From assembly GCF_006345805.1 (NCBI RefSeq), contig NC_043005.1, positions 106,268,001 through 106,332,000 of the forward strand: a DNA stretch of 64,000 nucleotides. The letters are read 5' to 3'. A model generated the notes under the pieces. That model worked only from the letters and a program-made list of their open reading frames with translations, was not told the origin of the DNA and ran no database searches. How positions within the stretch are numbered: the first letter of the stretch is position 1; each line of letters opens with the position of its first letter. Below are positions 40,042 to 53,134 of this stretch, one piece after another. The translations under genes were made by a program, and so were the position numbers. The DNA comes from Octopus sinensis. Lineage: Eukaryota.

Positions 40042-40186
40042 AGGCGCAGAAGTGGCTGTGTGGTAAGAAGTTTGCTTCCCAACCACATGGTTCTGAGTTC
40101 AGTCCAACTGTGTGACACCTACTATAGCCTCGGGCTAGCCAAAGCCTTGAGTGGATTTGGTAGACAGAGACTGAAAGAAGCCTGTC

Positions 40187-40218
<32 letters not shown>

Positions 40219-40490
40219 GGGAGAATTCACAAAAAAAAAGCTAAAGACGATGACAGGTGTAGACAACAAACAGATGTATTAGTATAACGCTCCTCGGGAA
40301 GTGAAAAAGTCTTTTACATTTTGAGCCAACGTTCTTCCATAGAAAGGAACACAGAAAGAAACAAGGAGAGAAAATAACGAATGTGTAGTGGCTAGCGATC
40401 TATCATGGACAGAAGGGTTACACAGGAGAGCTAAGAATTAGGGGAGATAAAAGCAGAAAGTACAAAAATGTTTAGAAAGTATAAAAAAGT

Positions 40491-40524
<34 letters not shown>

Positions 40525-40760
40525 TGATGATGATGATGATATATGTATATGTGTATATGTATTTGTGTGTTTATGTTTGTCACCCCCCACCATCACTTAG
40601 TAACTGGTGTTAGTGTGTTTACACCCTTGTAACTTAGTGGTTTGGCAAAAGAGACTGATAGAAGAGGTACTATACTTACAAAGAATAAGTACTGGGGTCG
40701 ATTTGTTCGACTAAAGGCGATGCTGCAGCATGGCCACAGTAAAATGACTGATATAAAGAA
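40042..40760 (+). mobile_element. SINE family A with a hammerhead-family repeat (40218-40460, -) nested in its central (TA)n
   Basis: Head 40042-40188, tail ~40560-40760; insert homologous to 38070-38320. Confidence 0.8.
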
Positions 40761-41220
40761 AAGAAAAAAGAACAGAAAAATATATATATATATGTGTGTG
40801 TATGTAATTGTGTATGTGTGTATAACAACATAGACTTCCATATTTAAGGAAAAGTATTCCAGTACCTTAAACATATGATCTGCACAAAATGGAATGAAGT
40901 TGTAGGATGTTATCAAATTGGATGGTCCACTTCTATGAAAAGCACAAAAGAAACTCATCAGAAAATCTTTTGTATTTTGAAATAAAAATGACAAGCATGA
41001 AGCCGAGCTACTTGAATTTGTCATTAAGTTAAGATGTAAACAACAATGTAAATACCCTAAGACATAGTAAATCCAGACATGCAAACAATAAAGGAATCCA
41101 GCAGGATATACATGTATGTATATATATACATATATATATAATTTGAGGGAATATTATTCCTAACTTACAGGGAAAAATTCAATTTAGAAATACTAAATCA
41201 AATTTCACAAAATATAATAT

Positions 41221-41478
41221 ATATGTAAAAATTAGAAAAAAACACTTTTATCAATTTAAATGAAACAATTAAATTGCACTATCTAGAAAATTACATATAA
41301 TAGAAATATTAAATATAAAATACCAAATATATATGTTTTATTTATTATTTTGCACATTACTTAATCATCGGTATATTATTGTTATTTTATATTTAACATT
41401 TCTATTATATGTAATTTTCTAGATGGTGTAATTTGATCATTTCATTTTGAATTGATAAAAGGTGGTCTTTTTCTAATT

Positions 41479-41490
<12 letters not shown>
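41221..41490. repeat. AT-rich foldback, ~105-bp arms
   Basis: 'atctagaaaattacatataatagaaat' versus 'atttctattatatgtaattttctagat' and flanking arms. Confidence 0.85.
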
Positions 41491-41519
<29 letters not shown>

Positions 41520-41912
41520 ATCACTACAATAAACATTTAACAAATATCAAACAAATCAAAATATTAATATAAACAATGAAAGCATGAATGTAGCAAAGCT
41601 TATGGTATTTAAAGTAAAGGTTTTTAGTGCCATGAAATACTTAAGTGGACACAAGCTTTGTGTCACCCTGAAGGTTCATAATGGGAATTTCCTATTAACC
41701 CTTTAGTAATCAGATTCCTCTGTCAAATGCTTCGCTTTGAATTCCTCATGCAGTATCTCATAGATTGAAGATTTTGATGTTGTGGTTGTTTATTTTTAGA
41801 AATACATTGTAGGATAGGTGAGAGAGGCTGGATCTGGTTGGTTTGAACATAAAACAGGTAGGATATTTTGGCCAGATAAGGCCAGTTTAAATGCTACAGG
41901 GTTAAACCTCAA

Positions 41913-42222
41913 ATCACATGATCACATGACCGACTAGGTTATCAGATGTTGCTACACATGACTGGTCACAATGTGCTTTGCTTTGTTTTAACCTTCAAAT
42001 GATGCCACCCTGCTGGCTAAGTGAGCAGGCCAACAGAAGAAAGAGTGAGAGAAAATTGTGGAGAAAGAGTACAGCAGGGATCGCCACCATCCCCTGCTGG
42101 AGCCTCATGGAGCTCTAGGTGTTTTCACTCAATAAACACTCACAACACCCTGTCTGGGAATCGAAATCGTGATCCTACGACCATGAGTCCACTGCCCTAA
42201 CCGCTGGGTCATTGCGCCTCCA
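41913..42222 (-). mobile_element. SINE family D
   Basis: Reverse complement of 11796-12101. Confidence 0.88.
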
Positions 42223-42379
42223 CAAACCTCAAGTACAGGGTAATAAATCCTGCTAAGTTCGAAGATTGTAGTTAGTAAGCACATTCTATACATCTTCAAC
42301 AACTAAATGAGAAAACTACAAATTACAATAATGAAATTACCACCATAGCTGAGTGATTAAATAGCATCAAGAGAAAATT

Positions 42380-42860
42380 CACATGAAATTTTTCTCAGTT
42401 CAGCATTATAGAATCAACCCATTTTTTCCAGAATCATTCTCACCAAAATGTTGGTGAAAATGGGTTTGGAAGTAAAATCCGTTAACATGGGACTACACAG
42501 AAATGACAGCCTTGTAGTATCACTCCATGCTTTAGACTAGTATAGGAAAGACTTATTACATTGAAGGACTTTAGCGTTAGCATTATTGTTACCATCTACA
42601 TAATAACAGTCGCTTCCTCAACATAATATTAGATCTAGAGATAGTGAGTATCAACCATATGGAAAACCGAATGAGAAGCTAATATACATAAATAAGAGAG
42701 GTAACCTTCCTCTAACTATAATAAAAAAAATTCAGCAATATATTTAGAAGAATATCTAAAATAACTTAGACAGGCAGCTGACAACCAAACTACTAGTTAT
42801 TACAATAAAACATTAGAAAAAAAGCAGGTTTAAGAAAAAGAATAAGCTTCTTAGCGAAGC
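42380..42860 (+). mobile_element. Penelope-like element reverse-transcriptase remnant
   Basis: FLNIILDL (frameshift) DSEYQPYGKPNEKLIYINKRGNLPLTIIKKI...YYNKTLEK resembles the PLE RT motif FLDxxLDL..Y.PY.KPN...Y....SNHPP.IIK. Confidence 0.65.
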
Positions 42861-42959
42861 ATGAACAGTAATGAAACATATAAATAACACATTAGCTGGT
42901 TTAAATCATCCTTCAGTAAAAAAAAAAAAATGTAATTGAATATAGCTAGAAATATCTAT

Positions 42960-43123
42960 AGGCGCAGGAGTGGCTGTGTGGTAAGTAGCTTGCTAACCAA
43001 CCACATGGTTCCGGGTTCAGTCACACTGCGTGGCATCTTGGGCAAGTGTCTTCTGCTATAGCCCCGGGCCGACCAATGCCTTGTGAGTGGATTTGGTAGA
43101 CGGAAACTGAAAGAAGCCTGTCG

Positions 43124-43158
<35 letters not shown>

Positions 43159-43375
43159 GTGTATGTTTGTGTGTCTGTGTGTGTCCCCCTAGCATTGCTT
43201 GACAACCGATGCTGGTGTGTTTACATCCCTGTCACTTAGCGGTTCAGCAAAAGAGACCGATAGAATAAGTACTGGGCTTACAAAGAATAAGTCCCGGGGT
43301 CGATTTGCTCGACTAAAGGCGGTGCTCCAGCATGGCTGCAGTCAAATGACTGAAACAAGTAAAAGAGTAAAGAGT
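42960..43375 (+). mobile_element. SINE family A, full-length
   Basis: 'ggcgcaggagtggctgtgtggtaag...gggttcagtc' head, (TA)n centre, tail 'ccagcatggc.gcagtcaaatgactgaaacaagtaaaagagtaaagag'. Confidence 0.92.
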
Positions 43376-43637
43376 AATCAGGAAGCATTCCCAGCTACAA
43401 TGAAAAAATGTTGGCAAACAAGCATTACACATCCAGTAGAGAATGCTTGCTTCATTTCTTTCCTGCTTTCATGCATCCTTCACCATTCAATGCCCAGTTT
43501 CACGGCTATGGAACATGATACTTCATACTCAAGTAATACACCCTTCTCACAGATATATGTTTTGGGGTTGCATTGTTACAGAATTTGCTGGAAAAATTGA
43601 GTGGCTATCATATTCATGGTTTGCCTCAAACAGCCTC

Positions 43638-43842
43638 CCCTGGCACCTGTGCCGGTGTCACATAAAAAGCACCCACTACACTCACAGAGTGGTTGGCGCT
43701 AGGAAGGGCATCCAGCTGTAGAAACACTGCCAGATCAGACTGGAGCCTGGTGCAGCCTCATGGCTTCCCAAACCCCAGTCAAATTGTCCAACCCATGTAG
43801 CACAGAAAACGGATGTTAAACGATGTTGATGATGATGATGAT
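43638..43842 (+). mobile_element. Repeat family C
   Basis: 'ggttggcgctaggaagggcatccagctgtagaaa'; GAT tail. Confidence 0.85.
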
Positions 43843-44198
43843 ATAGAAGAATAAGCAATCATTAAATGAACCCTAGTCAGCAGTTTGATATTAACGGCTT
43901 CTTCATTTGGTCATGGTTTTCTAAATTAGGTGGAGACTTTCATCCTGTTTTCAGAGAAGCCAAACCCCCATATGTTGCCTCCCTCCACTCTGCACACATC
44001 AATTACAAAACACAATTAATGTCAACTTGCTCCTACATTTTCATGGTTCTCCTAATTCTTTCATAAATCTACTAGAAATTCTATTGTATTACATATTGCT
44101 TGCACTCAGTAAAACAGTATCAAAACCCTATCTAATCCAACCGTACATCTAGAATAATGAAACTTCCAAGATGTGCCTTTATAATTTTTACAAATTAC

Positions 44199-44407
44199 TG
44201 GCGTTAGGAAGGGCATGGCGTTAGGAAGGGCATGGCATTAGGAAAGGTTTGGCATTAGGAAGGGCATCAAACTGTAGAAACTCTGCCAGATCAAGATTGA
44301 AGCCTGGTGCAGCCATCTGGTTTGCTAGTCCTCAGTCATTCGTCCAACCCATGCTAGCATGGAAAGTGGACGTTAAACGATGATGATGATGATGATGATG
44401 ATGATGA
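44199..44407 (+). mobile_element. Repeat family C, 5'-truncated with 17-bp stutter
   Basis: 'tggc(g/a)ttaggaa(g/a)gg' x4, then the standard 3' part. Confidence 0.85.
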
Positions 44408-46060
44408 TACTATCTGATCTTGGCCATGTTACCTTTAAATATTTGGGACCAGATCATTCTTAGTTGCTAATTCAGCTACGAGATGCAGATCAGCTATATA
44501 TACAATTTCCTTTAAAACAGCCAGTTCTAAACACTTGTCTTATGACTTTCAAAACTTATAATAAAAAGGGGCTGAAGATTATACCCCATAGAAGGGGTAA
44601 TGCATTGATATTTATCACTGAATTCATTTTTGGTCTTTGCCATGTTTAAATCATTATCTTCTACACAGGGCTTTCATAAACCAGTCATTTACAACTAGTT
44701 GTTATTTAGTCCAATGTCGACCCTGTGCCAGCACAGTTATGATCAAAGGAGGCCTTTCCATCATGACCATCACAACTTTTAGAAATATCTTGGATTACAT
44801 TATCTAATGTACCTTTTTACTGTTTAAATGTGGTTGAGTGCAATTTTAGGATGATGGTGGGGTGGATTTAACTGTTATTTCTAGCAGGTCAAGTGACTTC
44901 AATGAGGCTTTCTTAGTGGCTTGGCTTCTCCATTGAGTTGTAGAGAATGGACTGAGGGGAGTGACAGGGGTGGCAGTGAAAGACGCAGATGAAAGAGACA
45001 TGATGACAACAGATCACAAGGTGCTAGAGAAAGACGGGGGGAGGGAGAGGGGAGAGACAGAAGGTGGAGAGGGAGACAGAGACGGAAAGAGAGAGAGAGA
45101 TAGAGAGAGAGAGATAGAGAGAGAGAGAGAGGAGGAGGAGGAGAGAGAGATTGCTGCTTCTGTAAAAAGTGTGCGTGCATGTGTGGTCTCAGTGTAACCA
45201 TCACCACAATCTCCAACACATCCCCGCCCCTACTACTGTTACTGGCATAACCACCATTCCTGCCACTGCCACGGATGCTCCACCACCTCTACCACTACCA
45301 CCACGACTACCACATCATTATTATCATCATCATTAATATTTGAATGCTTAATCTTTATTTCATTATGGAGATATAATTATATAGATACATACAATTATAT
45401 ATATATATATGCACACTCATATACATATATTTATATGTGTATGTGCATTTACATGCATGTATGTGTATATACACATGCAAGGACATGTGCACATTCATGT
45501 TTCTGTCTTTGTGTGTACATACATATTTATATATATATATACATACATATATATATGTACACACATGTAAGTATATGTTGTCTAACATACCTCCACCCTG
45601 TATTTTTCATCTGCTAATTACCAACATAATATTGGTAACAAGCAATAACATTAAAACCTGTCAGTCTTCTCATAACCTCTTCAGTTGCTACGGCTTTCAA
45701 TGAGACCAAAATCTCAGAGGTCGGCTTTCCAGCCAGCGTTATCTTGGTAAACCAAGAATCCAATTATATCAACTCCGTCATTATGAACTTAATATTCAAA
45801 ATAAAACAATATTTCATCTCTCTCCTCTTCATTTGATATTTCATAAATATCTTTATTGAAAAATCACACATGACAAGGTGGGGGATTGTGGGATATTTGT
45901 GTTGTGTGTGTATTATATTTACAATACTTTTTCCTTTGTTTCTGTTTTTGTTTTTTTACCTAATATTATTTTTTGTTGTATTAAAGTCATTTATTTTACC
46001 CTTTTATTGGTGCAGATGTGTTAATGTAGGTTACAAGTATAATATATTTATACACATACA

Positions 46061-46096
<36 letters not shown>

Positions 46097-47985
46097 TAAA
46101 CATCACACACACATATATATATATGCATACATACATGTATAAATATATACGCATACATAAATATATACATATACATACATGCATACATGCATATATGTAC
46201 ATATATACATGTACATATATATGTGTGTGTATAAATATGTGTGTATATATGTATATATATATACATACACACACATATATATATACATGCACATATATAC
46301 ACACACATATATATACATATACATATATATATATTTGTATATGTGTGTAATTTGTTATGCTTTCTTTGTGTGTCTTTAATAGATTATTTTTGTTGTATTT
46401 CAAAAAAATACTTGCTTATTATTTTATGTTTGCTTTTTGTCTTGCAATTTTATTGTATTTGCCTCAACAATTTAAAAAAAAATATCAAATAAAGTTGTCC
46501 TTTCATACAGAAAATATACAGAGAATACAGCATACAAAAACAATTACTAAGTTTTCGTCACATCTTGGCCAATGACTGATTGCCATCGGAGGCTGCACAA
46601 ACGTCTATCGTTAGCAGAATTTGAACACCAAATCCTCCTCCTCACACACAGAATCAAGTAAGCACACATGAATAAGCACAAGGAGTGAAACGTTGTCTGT
46701 TTGGTCTCATACCAACCATCATAATCTAAATAGCAGTTAGTTGCAATGGAATTATTCCTATCCATCATAATCTACCCCCCACATTCTAATCTACCGCTAC
46801 TACTTCATAAACACTGGTTAAGTTTCCAGCCCTTGATAAAAGCACTGGAAGTTGTAATGAATCAAAGAGTTTTAATTTCAAATAGTTCTTTGTTTGAGTT
46901 CCAATGCAAAACCTATGGAGAAAGATCAGATAGGAAGAAGCAATATTAGATCTGAGATACCTTCATATTTCTGATTCCTTTATTATATTATTTGGTCATT
47001 TCTTTTTAAAGTAGATTGATGATTGACTCCAGCTGTACAAACACACACATATACAGTACATACATACTGCATACATAAATGCATGCATGCATGCATACAT
47101 ATGTACATACATACATTCATATACATGCATAAACATACACACTTTCGTATAATAAATCTATGCATTTGTATTATGTATATGTATATATGTATATACACAC
47201 TCATATGAGTATATGCATATATATATATATATATTATATATATATTCATAAACACATATATACATACATATATATATAGGCATATCACAACACACACATA
47301 TGCACATGCATGCACACACATATAATACAAGCATGTATGTATCTAAATACATGTGTGCGTGTGTGTGTATGCATGTATGATGTGTGTATGAGAGAGAGAG
47401 AGAGAGAGAAAGAAAGAGGAAGAGAGATTGTTAGCGTTTGTGGAGTTAGTAGTAGTGTTGTGGCAGTAATAGGTTTTGGTTGTTGCCGTTCATATACATA
47501 GTCTTGTTCTCTCATTTATGTATTGGTGCATGTATGTATACACACATATATATACACACACATAGTTGCATATCCATACACACAAGTATTATACTAGTTA
47601 TACAATGTAGTGCATCTTCCCAAGGTATAAAGATAATTTTACCATGAGAGTGCTCAATGATGCACCTAAGTAATTGCAATGAAGCTATGTAAATATATGT
47701 GCAGTTGTGCATTTAAGTATGTCCTCGGAAAGCGTGCAATGAATGATGGGAGATATTAAAATATGAAATTAAACTTAGATTAGAAATAAATTAATAATTT
47801 GTTCAATTAGTACTTGTCATTGGAGAATGAAAGGAAAATTACACTTATGCATGATACAGGCAATGATATCTCTCTTGTGTGTGTGCGTGTGTGTGTTTGC
47901 AAGTGTGTGTGTGTGTTTGTATGTGTGTGTGTGTATGTGTGTGTGTGTGTTCTAGTTAGTTTATATTCCACACATAGTAGTAGTA

Positions 47986-48164
47986 GGCGCAGGAGTGGCT
48001 GTGTGGTAAGTAGCTTGCTAACCAACCACATGGTTCCAGGTTCAGTCCCACTGCGTGGCATCTTGGGCAAGTGTCTTCTGCTATAGCCCTGGGCCGACCA
48101 ATGCCTTGTGAGTGGATTTGGTAGACGGAAACTGAAAGAAGCCTGTTGTATATATGTATATATA

Positions 48165-48214
<50 letters not shown>

Positions 48215-48431
48215 TTGTGTGTCTGTGTTTGTCCCCCTAGCATTGCTTGACAACCAATGCTTGTGTGTTTACGTTCCCGTCACTTAGCGGTTCGGCAAAA
48301 AGACCGATAGAATAAGTACTGGGTTTACAAAGAATAAGTCCCAGGGTCGATTTTCTCGACTAAAGGCGGTGCTCCAGCATGGCCGCAGTCAAATGACTGA
48401 AATATGTAAAAGAGAGTAAAAGAGTAAAGAG
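47986..48431 (+). mobile_element. SINE family A, full-length
   Basis: Near identity to 42960-43375. Confidence 0.92.
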
Positions 48432-49319
48432 ACTACTGTTTATGATATGGCTTTCACAGAAGCTCATCTCTTTCAACACAGATTGAGAAAGTGAGAAGTC
48501 TAAGAAAAATATAGCTGTTGCAATAGAATAATGTCATTGATAGAGAAATGGGAAAGTTTCCAGACAGTATAAGGATTAGGGGGTTACCTGAAGCAAACTA
48601 ACTGAAGGTAATTCCATCGAAATAATCAATTTGTGGGCAATGCAGTGTTGAGATGCTGTCTTCCTTCACGAAGTTGGCAAAAACTGGGATACAGGAATAA
48701 TGCAGAATGAGAAAGTTGCTTCCACTGCATAACACACACCATCACAAAAGTAAGATCAACAGGAAGGAGGCAGAGGTTTGTTAAGTATAGAAGACACTTT
48801 TAGTACAGTGATATTGGTTTGTAAAACTATCTTGTGCATAATGTAGAATGGGTATTACCTGCAACCAGAAATATCAAAGAAGTCTTTAAAATAGTGAGGA
48901 AGTTAAAGAGAAGAAAGCAGAATGACAGGGTGATCACCTGGAAAGCGAAGTCATTAGATTGGTAATTCTTGACACAAACTAGGGATGTTGGAAGCAAACT
49001 AGGGATGTTGGTGGTGGCTGACAGATGGATAACTAAAACAAGAATGAATTGCCATTTAAATTCACTCAGGAGCAAACCATTAGAACAAATTTAAGAAAGC
49101 CAGAGATTGATAAAAATCAGACAGAGAGCAAACACAGAATGTGTGGAAAAGGGGACTGAAATATTCACAATCTCATAAGTGAATGTAGTAAGCTTGCACA
49201 AAAAGAGTATAAAAGCAGACATCACTCTATTGGTAAAAGAGTATTTTGGGATGCTAGCTATGTAAATGGATTCAAAGTGACTGAAATGTGGTAGGGACAT
49301 GAATTAGAAGCTGAGAAGA

Positions 49320-49670
49320 CAAATGATAATTACAGAATTTTGTTTGATTTCTTCATGGAGCCTGACCCAACTATTGAAGCAAGGAGAGCAGATATGTTCA
49401 AAGAGAAGAGAAAAAACAAACAGTGTAATATCATTGTGGATATGAAGGTAACTGAGAAAATTTATAAATATTCGAACCTAGCCAGAGAGATGAAGAGACT
49501 GAGGAACACAAGAATGAAAATTGCTTTTGTAGTAACTGGTATACTCAGCACAACACCCAGACTGGTTCTTAAGGCAGAAGGATATTGAAATTGAGACTTG
49601 TGTTTTTGAACTGCAAAAAAGTGCCATCATGTATTCTGCAAGAATTGTAGGAAAATTTCTTGAGATTTGA
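49320..49670 (+). mobile_element. R4/Dong-type RLE-domain fragment
   Basis: FDFFMEPDPTIEARRADM...EKIYKYSNLAREMKRL...; LQKSAIMYSARI. Confidence 0.75.
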
Positions 49671-49965
49671 GGAGCTAGCAGAAGAACATCTGAAAGTTGG
49701 AGGCAGAAGATGAAGTTAGTTGATACGGTCTACCAATATTTGAGCAGTATTTCATTTATCTTAGACTAATGAATGACAGTGTTGATCTCAGCAGAATTTG
49801 AACTCAGATCAGAAAGGCCAAGAAGAATTACCACTAAGCAATTTGACCAACACTAGATGTATAGTGATATAAAAATAAAAATAATGATAACAATAGTAGC
49901 AATAGTTTTAAAGTGGGTAGTGGCATCAATTGGGATGATGGTAGTAGTAGTGCTGGGGAATGTTC

Positions 49966-50000
<35 letters not shown>

Positions 50001-50097
50001 ACAGAAATTGTAGTTGAAGTAGTGGTAGATGTGTTCTTCACAGTATGGTGTAAGCAGTATCAATAACAGCAGCAGAGGTAGTAGTAGTAACAGCAAG

Positions 50098-50472
50098 GAC
50101 GAGCTGGCAGGATCGTTAGCATCCTGGATGAAATGTATAGTGGTATTTCACTTGTCGTTATGTTCTGAGTTCAAATTCCGCTGAGGTCGACTTTACTTTT
50201 CATCATTTCAGGGTCGATAAATTAAGTACCAGCGGAACACTGGGGTCGATGTAACTGACTCATTCCCACCCCACAAATCACTGCCCTTGTGGCTAAATTT
50301 GAAGCCATTATTATTTGTGTTCTGTGTTCAAATTCTGCTGGGGTCGACTTTGTTTATTATCCTTTTGGGGGCACTAATAAAATTAGTACCACTTGAGTGC
50401 TGGGGTTGATGCAATCAACGTACTCATCCCTCCAAATTGCTGGCCTCGTGCCAACATTTGAAATCCGTATTA
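50098..50472 (+). mobile_element. SINE family B with duplicated body
   Basis: 'gttcaaattc.gctg.ggtcgacttt' at ~50169 and ~50326. Confidence 0.75.
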
Positions 50473-51104
50473 TTTATACCCAAGTCCACCCTGATTTAGT
50501 ACACCTTTAATGCAAAAAATTCCAACCATAACTGCCCAAACTTTTCCCTGTGTGAAAAGAAGCCAATACTAATTACCGGATTCCTTTGAAGACAGTAGAA
50601 AGTAATTTGAGGGAGATCTGGCTGCTATTTCTTGCAGGTCAAAAACCTATGTAGAGCCTCACTCATTTGTTTGTATTACTTGTAGTGGTGTAGCTGAGTG
50701 AGATAGTTGTAGTATGAGGCAGGAGTAGTGTGAGACAGTAATAGAAAAGCCAGTAGGGGTGTGAAGCCATAGGGGCTACAATGATGATGTCATCAGTGCT
50801 TAAAATATATTTTACAACTAGGATGTCCACTGTCCAGATTTTAATGTCCGTGTCATTGTTGATGACAATCTGAACTTGTCATAAAATATTTTGAGGAAAA
50901 AGAGAAGAATCGGGTTCAAGCCTCTCTCTCTCTCTCTTCCATCTCCAATTTTATTTCTCCTGACATCCCTCTAATCATCCATGAACAATTCCAGATGTAG
51001 GGGATGTTTATGTTGTTGTTGTTGTTGCTATTATTATTATTGTTGTTTTCGTTGGGGTGGTGGTGGTTTTACTTTTCAACAATTATCATCATCATTATTA
51101 TTAT

Positions 51105-51139
<35 letters not shown>

Positions 51140-51184
51140 TAATAATAATGTAATAACAACAACAACAATAACAACAACAACAAC

Positions 51185-51227
<43 letters not shown>

Positions 51228-51644
51228 TGATAATAATAATAATGTCTTTGAGAGCTCAGTATTGTCATCTTCATCAGAATTAACATGAACCTCGTCATCG
51301 TTTTGCTTCCTCTTCTTTCACATCCTCATCTTCCCATCATCATCATCATTGCTGTTGTTCCTTTTTGTTTGTACTTGATGTTTATATAATTTGTCCTATC
51401 TCTAAACTCATCTTCATGTGTCACAGCATATGTCCTCTGTGTATACAAGCTGTGTATACAGGGTATATAGCCAATATGTTTATATAGATGTATGTATGAA
51501 TAATGGATGCCTATGCGCTTATGTATATACACATATATGTATCTACTTTCTCTCACACCTTTCTCTATGTATATCATCATAATCATCTTCATCATCATCA
51601 TCCTTTAATAATATTCATACATATATATGTATATTATTAAAGGA

Positions 51645-52178
51645 AGCTACACTAAGAAGATTGTCTCAATGCAACATATCAGCTACTGGGAAAGACTGAA
51701 AGTATTAAAACTCTTTTCCCTGGAGTGAAGGTGGGAGAGATATGCAGTGATATACATCTGGAAAATCCTGGAGGGCCTTGTCCCGAATTTTGGCATTGAA
51801 AGTTACCCCAACAGCAGAATGGGGCGCCACTGTATGATGCCAAAGATCCCAACATCACCATCAAAATACAGGACCAGGTACTGCAACAGCTTGGGTTACA
51901 GGAGACCACAGCTCTTCAACATCCTTCCTAAATGCCTGAGAGACCTGCATGGTGTGGATGTGGGTTTCTTTAAAACTAAACTGGATCTCTTCTTGTCAGG
52001 GGTTCTAGATGAATCTACCTCTCGGCAGAAAACACAGATGCAGGCAGCATTGTCGAACTCCCTTGTTGACCAAGTGCCACGTATCAGAGGTGGTTTCACA
52101 TACTGGTGTAGCACATTCAACGGTAGTGCCCCAGCATGGCCGCAGCTTTCAGGCTGAAACATTTTTAAGGATTTAAAG
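51645..52178 (+). mobile_element. CR1-type LINE ORF2 C-terminus plus 3' UTR (5'-truncated, decayed)
   Basis: SYWERLKVLKLFSLE*RWERYAVIYIWKILEGLVPN...PQLFNILPKCLRD...FKTKLDLFL. Confidence 0.85.
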
Positions 52179-52216
<38 letters not shown>

Positions 52217-52450
52217 GTATATATATATGTATATATATATCTATCTATATATATATGTATATATATATATATATATAATAATAAATATTAGGGAATAAAT
52301 CCAAATTTACAGGGAAAAATCAGATTTAGGATTAAATCGATTTTATAGTAAAATATTATAAATATTATTCGAGACAAAACCACTATTTTGCAAAACAAAC
52401 AAGGAAAGACTTAATTAATACTAAATTTTAATAAATAGTCAAAAAAACCG

Positions 52451-52493
52451 CCACTACAATCGTTTCTTGTCTTGATCGACAATCTTCAGGTGG
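52451..52493 (-). ncRNA. Minimal type I hammerhead ribozyme motif (Penelope-associated type)
   Basis: CCAC-CUGAAGA-UUGUC-gaucaa-GACAA-GAAA-CGAUUG-UA-GUGG: core boxes, 5-bp stem II, 4-bp stem I, near-palindromic stem III. Confidence 0.72.
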
Positions 52494-53134
52494 ACTTCCA
52501 ATAATTCAGTGTCATATACATCGAAAAAAAAAATATATATATGTAAATGAGCTAAGAAAACTGACTCAGTGTAGCCAATAGAAAAGCCAATAGGATTTAT
52601 GAATATGGACAACAAACATGAATAAAGTTATGTTAAATATTATGTAAGAATTTTTTTTATTGAAATAAGTATTGCTTTGAGAGAAGGTAAAAAAGAACAC
52701 CTATTGACAATTACTATTCATTCTGAATGAGAACTAGAGATAATCTCAAGAATTATGCTAATGAATGGTCTGCTTTTTGTTTTTTCTTTCTGGAATCAAA
52801 AGGACAGCTGTGAACAAGTATGGCTCTCTCTCTGTCTACACACACTCACACACCACTGGACCATATATATACATACATATGATGAAACTGTGCAGTTCAG
52901 TGCTTAAGCTTAATTTCACTTATGGGGCAGTTATCTGTCATGCCAGTATATATAAATGTGCCTTTTCATAGCTATAAGTGGTTTAACTGCTATTTCTAGC
53001 AATATATATATATGCTTGTAGAACATACAGTCACAATTAGTGACGACTAAATTTTGCCTATACAGTTGATAATTATGCCCAGCTGCCCACATTAATTATA
53101 TATCTATATATACAATCGAAATCGAAATCAAATT

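Noticed and set aside
48435-49320. Possible decayed LINE on the minus strand
   Set aside because: No motif could be read with confidence
52560-52595. Promoter-like TGACTCA plus two CCAAT boxes
   Set aside because: Short motifs without a supporting downstream exon or TSS evidence
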